Source of the DNA: Candidatus Aenigmatarchaeota archaeon
Lineage (GTDB): Archaea > Aenigmatarchaeota > Aenigmatarchaeia > CG10238-14 > SCSR01
DNA: 64,000 nt
Assembly (NCBI GenBank): GCA_038998335.1
Contig: JAVZHQ010000001.1
Span: 672,609-736,608 of the forward strand
Reading direction: 5' to 3'
Under the pieces are notes generated by a model that saw only the letters and a list, made by a program, of their open reading frames with translations, did no database searches and was not told the origin of the DNA. Each line of letters begins with the position of its first letter. Position 1 is the stretch's first letter. Below, piece after piece: positions 17,445-27,126 of this stretch. Made by a program: the position numbers and the translations under genes.

Positions 17445-19486
17445 CTTGGCGCACCCAAAAGCAAAACTTTTAGTATATCACCAAAAACTAAGTAAGTTAC
17501 AAACAAAACAATTACATAAACAATTGTTGAAACTAAGGTAATTTTTCCTATCAAGTTAACTTCGCCTACACGGTCTTCCCCATTTTCTATTCCGTTAACG
17601 AACATCCCTATTAAAAATGATGTTTCTATAACATAAATTCCTAATACAAGCTGGAAAATATCTGGAGAAATCCCTATTCCACCCCTCCAAAGTTTTAATA
17701 AAAAGCTTGCTGAACCAGGAACTTCAACGTTAGACATACTTCCAAACTGCAGAGAAAGAATAGCCAAAATGTTAATAACTATAACTGCCATCGCAACAGT
17801 TACTCCTGCAACCAAAGGAGCCAGGAAAAAACCTAGAAACTTCATGCTAGTTGCTGCCTCGCTTAAAATTTCCTGAATTTGTTCTTCTACTTGGTGCATC
17901 CCTTTCAAGTATCTTGAAATTGTCAAAGAACTTGTTGCAACAGCATTATAACCTTTTCTTGATGCATCAACTATTATTTTCATCACAGAGTAAATCAAAT
18001 CAGAAGGGTAAGCTTTTATAGCTCCTATCTTTTCGTCAAAAACAGATTTTTCAAAAGTCAAACCAAAGAGCTTTATGTTTCTTATTATCTTTTCGTAAAA
18101 GTTTGCTATTTCCATTTTCTTAAGGTTAAGCTTAGCCTTTTCTAGAGCAAACTCTATGGAATGGCCTGACTTAATTTGATGACCCAACTGGAATAAAGCT
18201 TCTCTGAATTCTCTTTCTAAGTTTTTAACCTTTTCTCTCAACTTGAGCTTTGGTTGACTAACCAAAAGACATGCAAAACCAATAGAAATTCCTATTCCTA
18301 AAATTATCGAAGAAGAAGAGATTGTAGGAGTTAAAGTATCAGTAATAACTTTTTTGCATTCATCAGAGCTCAGCTCTAAACCTTTAGGCTTAGAAGCGTT
18401 AAAACCAACAACCTGCCATTCTCTACAAAGAGATGAAAGTGTAGTATAATGATAAAGCATGGGTGCACCAAAAATTAAGAAGGCAAGAAGTATAGGAAAA
18501 ATTATCGTCAAGACCGAAATTTCAATTTTATTTTTTCCGATTTCTATCACTAAGCTATGGGCGCTTCCCTTTATTTGAGGCTGGGAAGTTGCTGGTGGTT
18601 TTCTTTCTAAAGTCTGATTCATTAACCAATAAAGAAGTAAAGGTAGAGCAACATCATAACCCAAAATTAAAAACCAAACGTTAAAAATTCCTTGCATAAA
18701 TATCATAACTATAGGGAAAATTATCAAAGCTATGACTGGTAGAATTATTCCTAAGGAATAGATTAGCATAACTGGCATTCTTAAGCCTAAAGCATAATGT
18801 TTCATTCTTTCAACAGTCCCGTTTAGCAAAACGTCTATTGCTTCATCAATTAAAGCAAGTCTTTGCTCACCAAGCTGGGAAGTAGAACTTTGGAGTATTT
18901 TAACAGTTTCAACAAACTCCTCGTTTTCTTTTCCCCATTTTTCAAGAAAATCGTCTAAAGCGTCATCAACAGAAAAATATCTTTGAGTTTCTAAGTCCCA
19001 AATTATTTTCTTTAAGTCTAAACCTATAACACCTCTTGAGTTTTCTGCCGCAAACCTTACCGCATTCTCTAGGTTAGAAGTTTCTCTCAAGGCAACTGCC
19101 ATGTAAAGAGTTGCCAAAATCATTTCAGTAGAAGCCCTTGCTCTTATTACTTTAACTTTTAAAAAAGGGTAATTGTACAAATAGAATAAAAAGAAAAGGA
19201 AGAGAAAAATTAAGCCAGCTAGTGCTATTGCATTTATTAAACCAAGCAATAAAAGAACAATTAAAACTGGAAAAACGATTAAGAACAAAACAGTAACTAA
19301 AGAGACTGGACCAGAAGGAGAAATGTTCAAATAGCAAAACCTTATTGCAGATTCAAACCTTTGTTCAGTTTCTTTACTTGCTCTAACCTTTAAAATTTTT
19401 TCAGCAAAGTTACAAGCTTTTTCATAAAGAGAAAGTTGTGGCTTCACGCTTTTTAAAAACTCTTGATACTCTTTTGAAATCATCAT
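17441..19486 (-). CDS. Type IV filament platform protein, TadC/FlaJ (T2SS-F) family, 681 aa
   Basis: Polytopic membrane protein with two cytoplasmic helical domains, immediately downstream of and overlapping (ATGA) the FlaI/VirB11-type ATPase; canonical operon partner. Confidence 0.7.
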   Translation of the reverse strand: MMISKEYQEFLKSVKPQLSLYEKACNFAEKILKVRASKETEQRFESAIRFCYLNISPSGPVSLVTVLFLIVFPVLIVLLLLGLINAIALAGLIFLFLFFLFYLYNYPFLKVKVIRARASTEMILATLYMAVALRETSNLENAVRFAAENSRGVIGLDLKKIIWDLETQRYFSVDDALDDFLEKWGKENEEFVETVKILQSSTSQLGEQRLALIDEAIDVLLNGTVERMKHYALGLRMPVMLIYSLGIILPVIALIIFPIVMIFMQGIFNVWFLILGYDVALPLLLYWLMNQTLERKPPATSQPQIKGSAHSLVIEIGKNKIEISVLTIIFPILLAFLIFGAPMLYHYTTLSSLCREWQVVGFNASKPKGLELSSDECKKVITDTLTPTISSSSIILGIGISIGFACLLVSQPKLKLREKVKNLEREFREALFQLGHQIKSGHSIEFALEKAKLNLKKMEIANFYEKIIRNIKLFGLTFEKSVFDEKIGAIKAYPSDLIYSVMKIIVDASRKGYNAVATSSLTISRYLKGMHQVEEQIQEILSEAATSMKFLGFFLAPLVAGVTVAMAVIVINILAILSLQFGSMSNVEVPGSASFLLKLWRGGIGISPDIFQLVLGIYVIETSFLIGMFVNGIENGEDRVGEVNLIGKITLVSTIVYVIVLFVTYLVFGDILKVLLLGAPR

Positions 19487-21723
19487 TTCAACCTAGATTT
19501 TAACCATTCCAACCATTTCTCATAAATCATCTTTGAATCCAAAGCACCAACTTCTTGCCTAACTTGCTCAGAAATTATGTGAAATGCATCGTTAGCGTCG
19601 CAAACAAAGTCTGCTTCAAGAATTTCTGGCTTGTTTAACCTTTCTGCATACTCAACTAAAGTCTGCTTAATTTTTGCTCTTAGTAAAATATTATCCCAAA
19701 CATCATCCCATCTTCCGTGCCATTCCCTTACTCTTTTAGCAATTTCGTTCAAAACATAGGATTCTCCATCTATTAAAGTATCAGTTGGTTTAAGTTTGTC
19801 TTCTTTTGCTGAGTATTGCATCAACGGAACAAAACCTCCCTCATCTAAAGGATCCTGCTTCCAATGTTTTCTCACTTCTGTTAATTCAACGACTCTTCTG
19901 AATCTATGTAAGCCATCAGGAGAGCGAAGCATGTTACAAATTGTGATTAAATCGATTGCCTTAAAGCTGGTTGGAGCTACACCCAAATCATGAACTACTC
20001 TGTCATAAACTCCGTAAGGAGACTCGCCGTGAATTGTTCCTGCAACAACATTAGCTAAAGCACCGATCCTCATTGCCTCAAAAAGAACTGTACTCTCTAC
20101 TGAGCGTACTTCTCCTACTATCAAGCAAGAATCTCCCAACCTTAAAGCAGTCCTTAAGGCTTCGTCAGCAGGTACTTCAGTTTCAACTCTTGTTATTACA
20201 GAGCGAGATTTTAGCCTTTCAATGTTATATCCTAGCTGTCTTAAATGAGATACAGGAAGCTCCAAAGTATCCTCTTGTATAATAATCCTAAACTTTCTCA
20301 TTATCTCCAAAAGTAAGGAAGAAAGTAATGAAGTTTTTCCTGAACTTCTTCCTCCTGCTATAAGAATTGCTCTTCCTCCATCAACAACAAAACTCATTAG
20401 TCCTGCGTACAAAGGATCAAACATTCTTGCCTTCAAAAACAAAGGGAATGTCCAGGGCCTTTCCCTATGCCTTCTGAAAGCAAAGGCTAAACCTTCAGGG
20501 CTTAAAGTTCTTGTTATTGCTGCAACTCTTGCCCTTCCTCCTGGAACTTCTAACTCGCAATCTAAAACTGGGTTTGCCTCGTCTAAAGGCCTACCAGAAT
20601 AAAGCCTAAAACGAGTTGCCCATGCTTCTGCATCTTCCTTAGTTGGTATTAAATTTGTTTCACATTCTTCAAAATCTGAGTGAAAAATAAAAATTGGTGT
20701 TAAGCCTATGGGTGAATTTATGTAAATGTCTTGGATTTTCTCATCGCTCAACAAAAGCTCGAGTACACCAAAACCTGCTGTGTAACGCGCTAAAAGCATT
20801 GCAAGCTCTTCAATTTCCTCTGGATTTAAATCCAAATTCATGCTTCTTCCAATTTCTCTAACCAAATCCTTTCCTATGTTGAAGAAAATTTCCCTTGCTT
20901 TTTGTGGTTCAGTAATTTCTGTTTCTGTAGGCTTATGAGCAGCTAGATAATTTTTTGTTCTGTCAAGAACCATAAACTTTTTCTCGTTTAGCTTGAATTC
21001 CGGAGGTGTTATATGGTAGAGCAGCCTAACTTTTCCTGGAACTTTGAAAATTTCAACCACAACATTTCCTGGTAAGTAGTACTTATCTAAAAGCTGACCT
21101 TCCCTTGGAGGAAGAAGCATAAAGCGAGTAAGCATAAAGTTTGGTTTTGTTAATGGATGGAAAATTTGCCTGTAAATTTTTCTATCCCCTGGTTTATAGC
21201 CTTCTAGCTTTTCTTTTGCCATTTTTATTAGCTTGCAAGAAGAAAGAATTTTTTCTATAGGCAATAAAGCATTTTCTAGGTAATGGGTATAACACTTTTT
21301 CATTTCTGGTGGAGCTTTTTCTTCGTTTATTTTTGCTGCTAAGATCATTTTTTGTAGTCTTAAATAAGCTGCAACAGGATCTTTTCTCAAAAGCTCAAGA
21401 ATTAGAAATTGCAAGGCAGAAAACCTTTTTGAGAATAAATTCTCACAACCAGGACAAACAAGTTTTTCCATGGTTAAAAACTTCTCCTCGTTTAAAATTT
21501 TGTTGTAAGCTTCTGCTATTTCTCTTAAAATTTTTACTTGCTCAAAGTCATATTCATTTTCCCTAGTTTCTGCAAGTATTATCCTTTCAACATTTTTTAC
21601 TTCTAAAAGTTTGTCTATGGTTTTTGCCATACAAGCTTGAAAATCCTCTATGCTTGAACCATAAATACAGCCCAAGCAATTTACTCTTAAAGTATTCTCC
21701 CTAAGCTCGTAATCGCAGACCAA
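19483..21723 (-). CDS. Type IV filament assembly ATPase (FlaI/TadA/VirB11/GspE superfamily) with ~300-aa N-terminal extension
   Basis: Walker A GGRSSGKTSLLSSLL; family-typical IVGEVRSVE box and ALANVVAGTIHGESPYGVYDRV His box region; start is TTG at 21723 (next ATG at ~21630). Confidence 0.85.
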   Translation of the reverse strand: MVCDYELRENTLRVNCLGCIYGSSIEDFQACMAKTIDKLLEVKNVERIILAETRENEYDFEQVKILREIAEAYNKILNEEKFLTMEKLVCPGCENLFSKRFSALQFLILELLRKDPVAAYLRLQKMILAAKINEEKAPPEMKKCYTHYLENALLPIEKILSSCKLIKMAKEKLEGYKPGDRKIYRQIFHPLTKPNFMLTRFMLLPPREGQLLDKYYLPGNVVVEIFKVPGKVRLLYHITPPEFKLNEKKFMVLDRTKNYLAAHKPTETEITEPQKAREIFFNIGKDLVREIGRSMNLDLNPEEIEELAMLLARYTAGFGVLELLLSDEKIQDIYINSPIGLTPIFIFHSDFEECETNLIPTKEDAEAWATRFRLYSGRPLDEANPVLDCELEVPGGRARVAAITRTLSPEGLAFAFRRHRERPWTFPLFLKARMFDPLYAGLMSFVVDGGRAILIAGGRSSGKTSLLSSLLLEIMRKFRIIIQEDTLELPVSHLRQLGYNIERLKSRSVITRVETEVPADEALRTALRLGDSCLIVGEVRSVESTVLFEAMRIGALANVVAGTIHGESPYGVYDRVVHDLGVAPTSFKAIDLITICNMLRSPDGLHRFRRVVELTEVRKHWKQDPLDEGGFVPLMQYSAKEDKLKPTDTLIDGESYVLNEIAKRVREWHGRWDDVWDNILLRAKIKQTLVEYAERLNKPEILEADFVCDANDAFHIISEQVRQEVGALDSKMIYEKWLEWLKSRLK

Positions 21724-21775
21724 GATTATCTCCTTTATTTAAATTTATCTTTTTCCTTTCACAAATTCTTTATTA

Positions 21776-22171
21776 ATGGCAGAAGAAAAGCCAATACCTA
21801 TTAGGCCAATTATAAACGAGATTGTTAGAAGGTTGAACGAAAGCGAAAGAAGAATAAGGGATATGGAAATAAGAATGGAAAGAATTGAAACAACTCTTTC
21901 TACAATAGAAGAAAAGCTACTCAACCAACTAAACGATTTAAAAATAGATGTAACAAAAGTTGGAAAGAAGCTTGAAAGTTTTGTTGAAAAAATTAATTTT
22001 TACGAAAGCGAGATTTTAAGGCTAAACAAGGAATTGGCAAAAGCTGCAACTAAGGCTGATTTGAAAAAAGTTGAAACTTATGTTGAGATTTTAAACCCAG
22101 TAACTTCTAAGTTTGTCACGAGAGAAGAAATGGAAAGAGCTTTAGAAGAAATTAAGAAGAAGAGGTTTTAA
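21776..22171 (+). CDS. Coiled-coil protein, 131 aa, unknown function
   Basis: ATG start; heptad-rich, charged; divergent from pilus operon. Confidence 0.45.
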   Translation: MAEEKPIPIRPIINEIVRRLNESERRIRDMEIRMERIETTLSTIEEKLLNQLNDLKIDVTKVGKKLESFVEKINFYESEILRLNKELAKAATKADLKKVETYVEILNPVTSKFVTREEMERALEEIKKKRF

Positions 22172-22212
22172 GCTTATTATTTTAAAAAAACAAAAAATAA
22201 TTTAGTGGTTTA

Positions 22213-22884
22213 ATGCCTGTCCCTTTAACAAAAAAAGAAGAGGTTTTACCAAAACCTTCTGTTTTAAGTAGAATAGAGGAACTTTCTTCTCGTGGTTTGT
22301 CAGAAATTGAAATTATCGATACTTTGAGAAAAGAAGGTTACTCTCCTGACGAGATAGATAAAGGCTTGACAGAAGCTTTGAAGTTTAGTGCTACTCAACC
22401 AAAAGCTCCACCTCTACCAAAACCAAAAGAAGAACCGAAAAAGCTTCCTTCGCCGCCTGAACCACCAAAACTTCCTGCAAGCTTACCTGCTCCTCTTGAG
22501 CTTCCTTCAGAACCTGTACCGCAAATTCCTGAAATTTCTGTTCAGCAAGATTATTTTTATCCTGAATATACTACTGAAGAATATATCGACTACATGATAA
22601 AAGAAAAGACAGAAGAGCTTAACAGAAAAATAAGTGAGTTTATGCTTAAACAGAAAGAATTAGAAGCAAAGATTTTAAGCTTACATGAAAAGTTGAGCGA
22701 AGTTTCTCAAACAAAAGTTACCGAGCAGCAACTAATAGGGACAAAAATAGATTCTTTAAAAGAAATTGTAGAAGAAATGAATATAAGAGTTGAGAGTTTG
22801 GAAAAAGCTTTTAAGGAAACACTACCTGCACTAATCGAAAGCATAAGGGCTTTAAGCGAACTAACACAAAAACTTAAAGTTTAA
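22213..22884 (+). CDS. Protein with small N-terminal domain, Pro-rich linker (PLPKPKEEPKKLPSPPEPPKLP) and C-terminal coiled coil, 223 aa
   Basis: ATG start; composition/pattern only. Confidence 0.45.
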   Translation: MPVPLTKKEEVLPKPSVLSRIEELSSRGLSEIEIIDTLRKEGYSPDEIDKGLTEALKFSATQPKAPPLPKPKEEPKKLPSPPEPPKLPASLPAPLELPSEPVPQIPEISVQQDYFYPEYTTEEYIDYMIKEKTEELNRKISEFMLKQKELEAKILSLHEKLSEVSQTKVTEQQLIGTKIDSLKEIVEEMNIRVESLEKAFKETLPALIESIRALSELTQKLKV

Positions 22885-22885
22885 A

Positions 22886-23107
22886 CTATTCGAACATCTC
22901 GTAAATTTTTAATCTAGCAAGATCTTCGATTGCTTTTTCTCTTCCTTCTCTGAGAATTTTTATTTTCCTTTCTAAAGCATCCACAACATTATCTTGAGCT
23001 TGAGGAATGTAACTTGCTGTCTGTGCTTCATAACTTGCTAACAATCCTAACAATTTTGATACATGCTCTTTTGATTTGTTAAGATACTTATCTCTCATAT
23101 TCACCAC
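22886..23107 (-). CDS. Small helical hypothetical protein (73 aa)
   Basis: ORF track only. Confidence 0.3.
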   Translation of the reverse strand: MVNMRDKYLNKSKEHVSKLLGLLASYEAQTASYIPQAQDNVVDALERKIKILREGREKAIEDLARLKIYEMFE

Positions 23108-23140
23108 TTAAAAGTAATAAGAATAGAAAAGTATTTAAAT

Positions 23141-23836
23141 CTATAACTCATGGCTTGTTTTTAAACTTCTCATTTGCTCCCTTACTGTATCTAGTCTATC
23201 TTTAAGGGTTTGAATTTTTTTATTAATCTTATTCATTTTATCAGCAGCTCGAGGGTCGCCAGGTTTTATGTTTGAAAGTTCCTCATAAAGCCTTGCTATT
23301 TCCATGGTTAATATCTTTTCTTCTTTGCTTAGCCTGCCCATGCTTTTTCTATAATACTTGTAAAGATCTGCTCTACTTCCCCATTTTCTTAAGTAGGCCA
23401 AAGAATACAACGCCCATCCTCCTATAAATAAAATAAGAAATATCGTGTAAGCTGCAACAGTACCAAGAGCCATTGTGATATAAACATAAGTTATGAAAGC
23501 CTTGCTTGGCAAAGTACTGAAAGCAAAGGCAAAAGCTACTACTATTTCTATAGCAGGAGTTCTCCAGAAAATTCTTAATTGCCTTAAAATTCCTAGAATA
23601 ATAGCATAAAGAGCGAGAAAAGGAACCATGAAGTTAAAAATAAAGTTCCTAATGTTTTGAGTAGGCATCCATTCCTCTGGCAAACCAAAAACTTTTGTCC
23701 AAAAATATTCAACACTCCAAAAGTCGCCATATTCTTGTGCTTTTACTGAAACTGCTAAAGATGAGAAAAAAATTAAAAAAAGAAATAATAAGCATAGTTT
23801 TTTACTCATCCTTATCAATATTATTTTCTTTTTCAA
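23141..23836 (-). CDS. Membrane protein of local paralog family (signal peptide + F-x-F-x-x-P-F-L motif + 3-4 TM) with C-terminal cytoplasmic coiled coil
   Basis: NFIFNFMVPFLALYAIILGIL motif; C-terminal KINKKIQTLKDRLDTVREQMRSL coiled coil. Confidence 0.5.
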   Translation of the reverse strand: MKKKIILIRMSKKLCLLFLFLIFFSSLAVSVKAQEYGDFWSVEYFWTKVFGLPEEWMPTQNIRNFIFNFMVPFLALYAIILGILRQLRIFWRTPAIEIVVAFAFAFSTLPSKAFITYVYITMALGTVAAYTIFLILFIGGWALYSLAYLRKWGSRADLYKYYRKSMGRLSKEEKILTMEIARLYEELSNIKPGDPRAADKMNKINKKIQTLKDRLDTVREQMRSLKTSHEL

Positions 23837-23895
23837 AAATTTAAATCATGTTCAAATTTCATTAGCATCTGAAAAACTTAAGAAAAATTAACGAA

Positions 23896-24633
23896 ATGTT
23901 TAAATTTCTTTATTTTATAACCATCATTATGCCGAAATCTTTAGTTCAGGAAATGTTCCAAGAAGCAAAAAAGTTTGTTAGGTTACATAACAAAAAGGGA
24001 GCAAGTGATGTAGAAATCAACGAAATTCTCAGAAAAAAACCTTTTGTCCAAGGAGAGTTTATTATAGATACTGTGGTAGAAGTTAATTCTAAGTATCTTG
24101 AGAAAATCGGGGTTTCAGAAAGAAGTTATGATTACAAAAGTTTGCAACAAGCAACTAAGGAATGGAAAAAGGTTATTAGAGAAAGAGAAGGCTTAGTTCC
24201 TTCTGCCAATACTTATCCTTGGTATTTTGGTTCGACAAAACTTAATCGTAAAATTTCCTTAACAGATAAAAAAATAGAAAATTTTGGAAAAAAATACAAA
24301 CTTGAATGTGTTTATTGCACAGAAAAGGATAAATGGGGCGAGAAACAAATAAGCCACGTTTGCTTAGTCAGTCCTTTAATCGATTTGGATGAAGCAACCC
24401 TTTATACTACTGGATACTATGTAGGAACAACTTTAGATTTGAACGAAACTAGAGATGGAAAATTGTACGAAAGTATAGGGAAGGAAATTTATGGTTTGAA
24501 AGAGAAGACTTGGGTTCTGGGAAGAAAAATAAACTCTCTTAGAAGAAGGTGGAGAGGATACTGGGAAGAAATAGACAGAAGGATGGACGAAGCTTTAGAT
24601 GCATCTTCTATAGATTCCTTTGAAGAAGAGTAA
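23896..24633 (+). CDS. Hypothetical protein 245 aa (possible Cys/His metal site CVYCTEKDKWGEKQISHVC)
   Basis: ORF track; no recognisable family. Confidence 0.4.
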   Translation: MFKFLYFITIIMPKSLVQEMFQEAKKFVRLHNKKGASDVEINEILRKKPFVQGEFIIDTVVEVNSKYLEKIGVSERSYDYKSLQQATKEWKKVIREREGLVPSANTYPWYFGSTKLNRKISLTDKKIENFGKKYKLECVYCTEKDKWGEKQISHVCLVSPLIDLDEATLYTTGYYVGTTLDLNETRDGKLYESIGKEIYGLKEKTWVLGRKINSLRRRWRGYWEEIDRRMDEALDASSIDSFEEE

Positions 24634-24646
24634 CGTAAAAAGTTAA

Positions 24647-25276
24647 TTACACAGCACCTGTGGCCATTTCTCTCTGTTTTCTTTCTATAAATTGAAGTTC
24701 GGCTTGTATTGCATCTATTTGTGATTTTAAGTCTGCTGCTTTCTTCCATTGTCTAGCTTGTACTGCTTTTTGATGCTCTATTAAGAGTTGTTGTAATTTT
24801 TGTGTGAGCTCTGCAACAGATTTAGTTGTAGTAAGAACAAGAAACTTTTCAGGTTTTTTGAGAAACCTTTTTGTCATAACAGCAGAACCAACAATAAATA
24901 TAACTGTCCATACAATAATGGAATACATACCTAAAATCCCAAACATACCCCAAATAAACCATCTAAGCGGGGTTGCCATCAGCACTCCAACCCAAGATAA
25001 AGCTATTAATAAGTTAAGGTTTTTATCAGTAACAAACCAGCCTGTGGCCATATTAATTATTGCTAACACCATAGCAGTTGAACCTATAAGAGGAAGCATA
25101 AACATCCATATAAAATTAGGAAAGAATAGATCCTCTGCCGGAAGACCCGTGATATCAGAAAGGTACTGAACTAAACTCTTTCCTTCCCAATAGATTGGCA
25201 CAAAATTTACTGCAGCACCAATAACAAAAAGGATAATTGCCAAATAAACTAAAGTTCTAGTTTGTCCTTTTCCCAT
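24647..25276 (-). CDS. Membrane protein of local paralog family with C-terminal coiled coil
   Basis: FFPNFIWMFMLPLIGSTAMVLAII motif; C-terminal QKLQQLLIEHQKAVQARQWKK..IQAELQFIERKQREM. Confidence 0.5.
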   Translation of the reverse strand: MGKGQTRTLVYLAIILFVIGAAVNFVPIYWEGKSLVQYLSDITGLPAEDLFFPNFIWMFMLPLIGSTAMVLAIINMATGWFVTDKNLNLLIALSWVGVLMATPLRWFIWGMFGILGMYSIIVWTVIFIVGSAVMTKRFLKKPEKFLVLTTTKSVAELTQKLQQLLIEHQKAVQARQWKKAADLKSQIDAIQAELQFIERKQREMATGAV

Positions 25277-25367
25277 AAATTTTATTTGAACTTTTAAATT
25301 TATATTCTTGACAATCCACTTTTAGAGAAGCGAAGATTTAAAAAATTTTTTAAACATTAATTAATCG

Positions 25368-26042
25368 ATGAGCATATACGAAAAAGAAAGTGCAATAGAT
25401 AGATTTGAAACTCATATAAGACTATTAAGCGAGGATTTGGACTTTCTTCCAGAAACTATAAGCAGCTTTAGCGAGCTTGCTGAATACTTTCCGGATTTGA
25501 AAAATAGAGAAGAATATAAAAGAGTTGAAGAAATTTTAAACTCACTAGCAAACCCATTAAAAAGAATTGGTTACAAACTTTACATAAAAAATTTAAACAA
25601 GTATGCAGGAAGACTTGTTGCATCTGCTAAGGAAAAGATAGAAGAATTAAGAAAATATGAGAAGCCTGTGGAAATCAAGAAAGAAGTAATAGCGGTTAAA
25701 ATTCCCCCTTCCCCTTGGTATAAGGTAATAGAAGATGTAAACAAACTTTCAGATAGTATGTGGATAGATAGAACAATAATCAGAAACGTAATCCCAATGT
25801 TTGAAGACCTTATTGCTGACCTGCAAGATTTGGGAGCTCCAAAAGAGTTTTACGAAGATTTAAACCAACACTTGGAATATTTATTGTCAGTGGAAGATGC
25901 AGAATTAACAATTCCTCAATTTAAAAAACTTACCCCTAGCTATATTTCCAAAGACAGACAATTGAGAAAATTGCTTACGCAAATAAAACATTACGCAGAA
26001 AGGAAAATTGAGAAAGAGAAAAGAAAAGAAATGCTATTATAA
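25368..26042 (+). CDS. Hypothetical soluble protein, 224 aa
   Basis: ORF track only. Confidence 0.4.
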   Translation: MSIYEKESAIDRFETHIRLLSEDLDFLPETISSFSELAEYFPDLKNREEYKRVEEILNSLANPLKRIGYKLYIKNLNKYAGRLVASAKEKIEELRKYEKPVEIKKEVIAVKIPPSPWYKVIEDVNKLSDSMWIDRTIIRNVIPMFEDLIADLQDLGAPKEFYEDLNQHLEYLLSVEDAELTIPQFKKLTPSYISKDRQLRKLLTQIKHYAERKIEKEKRKEMLL

Positions 26043-26073
26043 TTTATTTCTGCTTAACTAACAAAAATTAATT

Positions 26074-26562
26074 ATGAGTATCTTTGATTTTTTGGCTCAA
26101 GAATCTTTACAATCAATTTTTTACAATTTTTTCCTTCCTTTTATAGTTATGTTTGCAATTCTTTTTGGATCTTTGGAAGGAATAAGAATTTTCAACAGAA
26201 AAATTAACTTGATTCTTTCCTTAGCAATAACTTTTGCTGCAGCTTATGGTGGAGCTTTTTCATTTTTCTCTCAATATCTTTTGATTCTCGGCCCTTACAC
26301 TGCTTTTGGAGCTTTCATACTAGTTTTCTTTGTTGGTGTTTTAATCTGGGCATTTGGAAGAGGAAAAGAAATCTATTATGAGAGTGCAGCTCCACACAAA
26401 AAACTAGAAAAAATAAACAAGGAAATAGAAAAGCTTTATGAAAAGTATAGAAGAGAAAACAATCCAGAGAAAAAAAGAGCCATAGACAGGCAAATAATTG
26501 AACTTGAAAGAATGAGAGAACATTTGAGAAGGGAAGTAGAATCAAGAAGTTTATATTCTTAA
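26074..26562 (+). CDS. Membrane protein of local paralog family with C-terminal coiled coil, 162 aa
   Basis: FYNFFLPFIVMFAILFGSLEGIRIF motif; KKLEKINKEIEKLYEKYRREN tail. Confidence 0.5.
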   Translation: MSIFDFLAQESLQSIFYNFFLPFIVMFAILFGSLEGIRIFNRKINLILSLAITFAAAYGGAFSFFSQYLLILGPYTAFGAFILVFFVGVLIWAFGRGKEIYYESAAPHKKLEKINKEIEKLYEKYRRENNPEKKRAIDRQIIELERMREHLRREVESRSLYS

Positions 26563-26580
26563 CAAAACAAATTTTAAATA

Positions 26581-27126
26581 ATGGCAGATTTGTTTACGCC
26601 AATAATTGAACAGTTAGACAAATTGGGTTTTTTCAATTTTTTCTTTCCTTGGCTTGTGACTCTTGCTATAATGTACGCTATCTTACAGAAATCAAAAATC
26701 TTAGGAGAATCTGTTTTAATAAATGGTATTGTAGCTTTAAGCATAGCTTTTCTTGTTTTTGCTTTTCCTGTTCTTTCTGGCGTAAGCCTTTCACTTCCTT
26801 TAAGCATGCTTTTTACCCAAACATTTTCTATTTTATTGTTTTTCTTTGTTGGTTTCTTGCTAGCAAGTTTGTTTTACCCAAACTTAACCCAATTCCTTAT
26901 CCAACAATTCACAAGAAGAACAACTTTGTATGCTATGATTGCTTTGGGTATAGCTTTGTTTATTACTAGCGGTTTAATCGGAACTTTTTGGTCGCAAACA
27001 ACTAAGCCTCCTGAACCTGGTAAAGCTGTTTTGCCACCAGATGTTGTTTATTTAACAGTAGGTATAATATTATTTGTAGTGGTTTTAATCATAGCAGGCT
27101 CTGTAGCAAGGATGGGAGGAAGTTAA
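26581..27126 (+). CDS. Membrane protein of local paralog family (tandem copy 1 of 3), 181 aa
   Basis: MADLFTPIIEQLDKLGFFNFFFPWLVTLAIMYAILQKSKILGES; 5-6 TM. Confidence 0.5.
   Translation: MADLFTPIIEQLDKLGFFNFFFPWLVTLAIMYAILQKSKILGESVLINGIVALSIAFLVFAFPVLSGVSLSLPLSMLFTQTFSILLFFFVGFLLASLFYPNLTQFLIQQFTRRTTLYAMIALGIALFITSGLIGTFWSQTTKPPEPGKAVLPPDVVYLTVGIILFVVVLIIAGSVARMGGS

Noticed and set aside
19483-21723. Calling the ATPase an archaellum FlaI
   Set aside because: No archaellin-specific accessory genes (flaC-H, flaF/G) are present; the operon partners are pilin-like. A generic type IV filament ATPase is the defensible call
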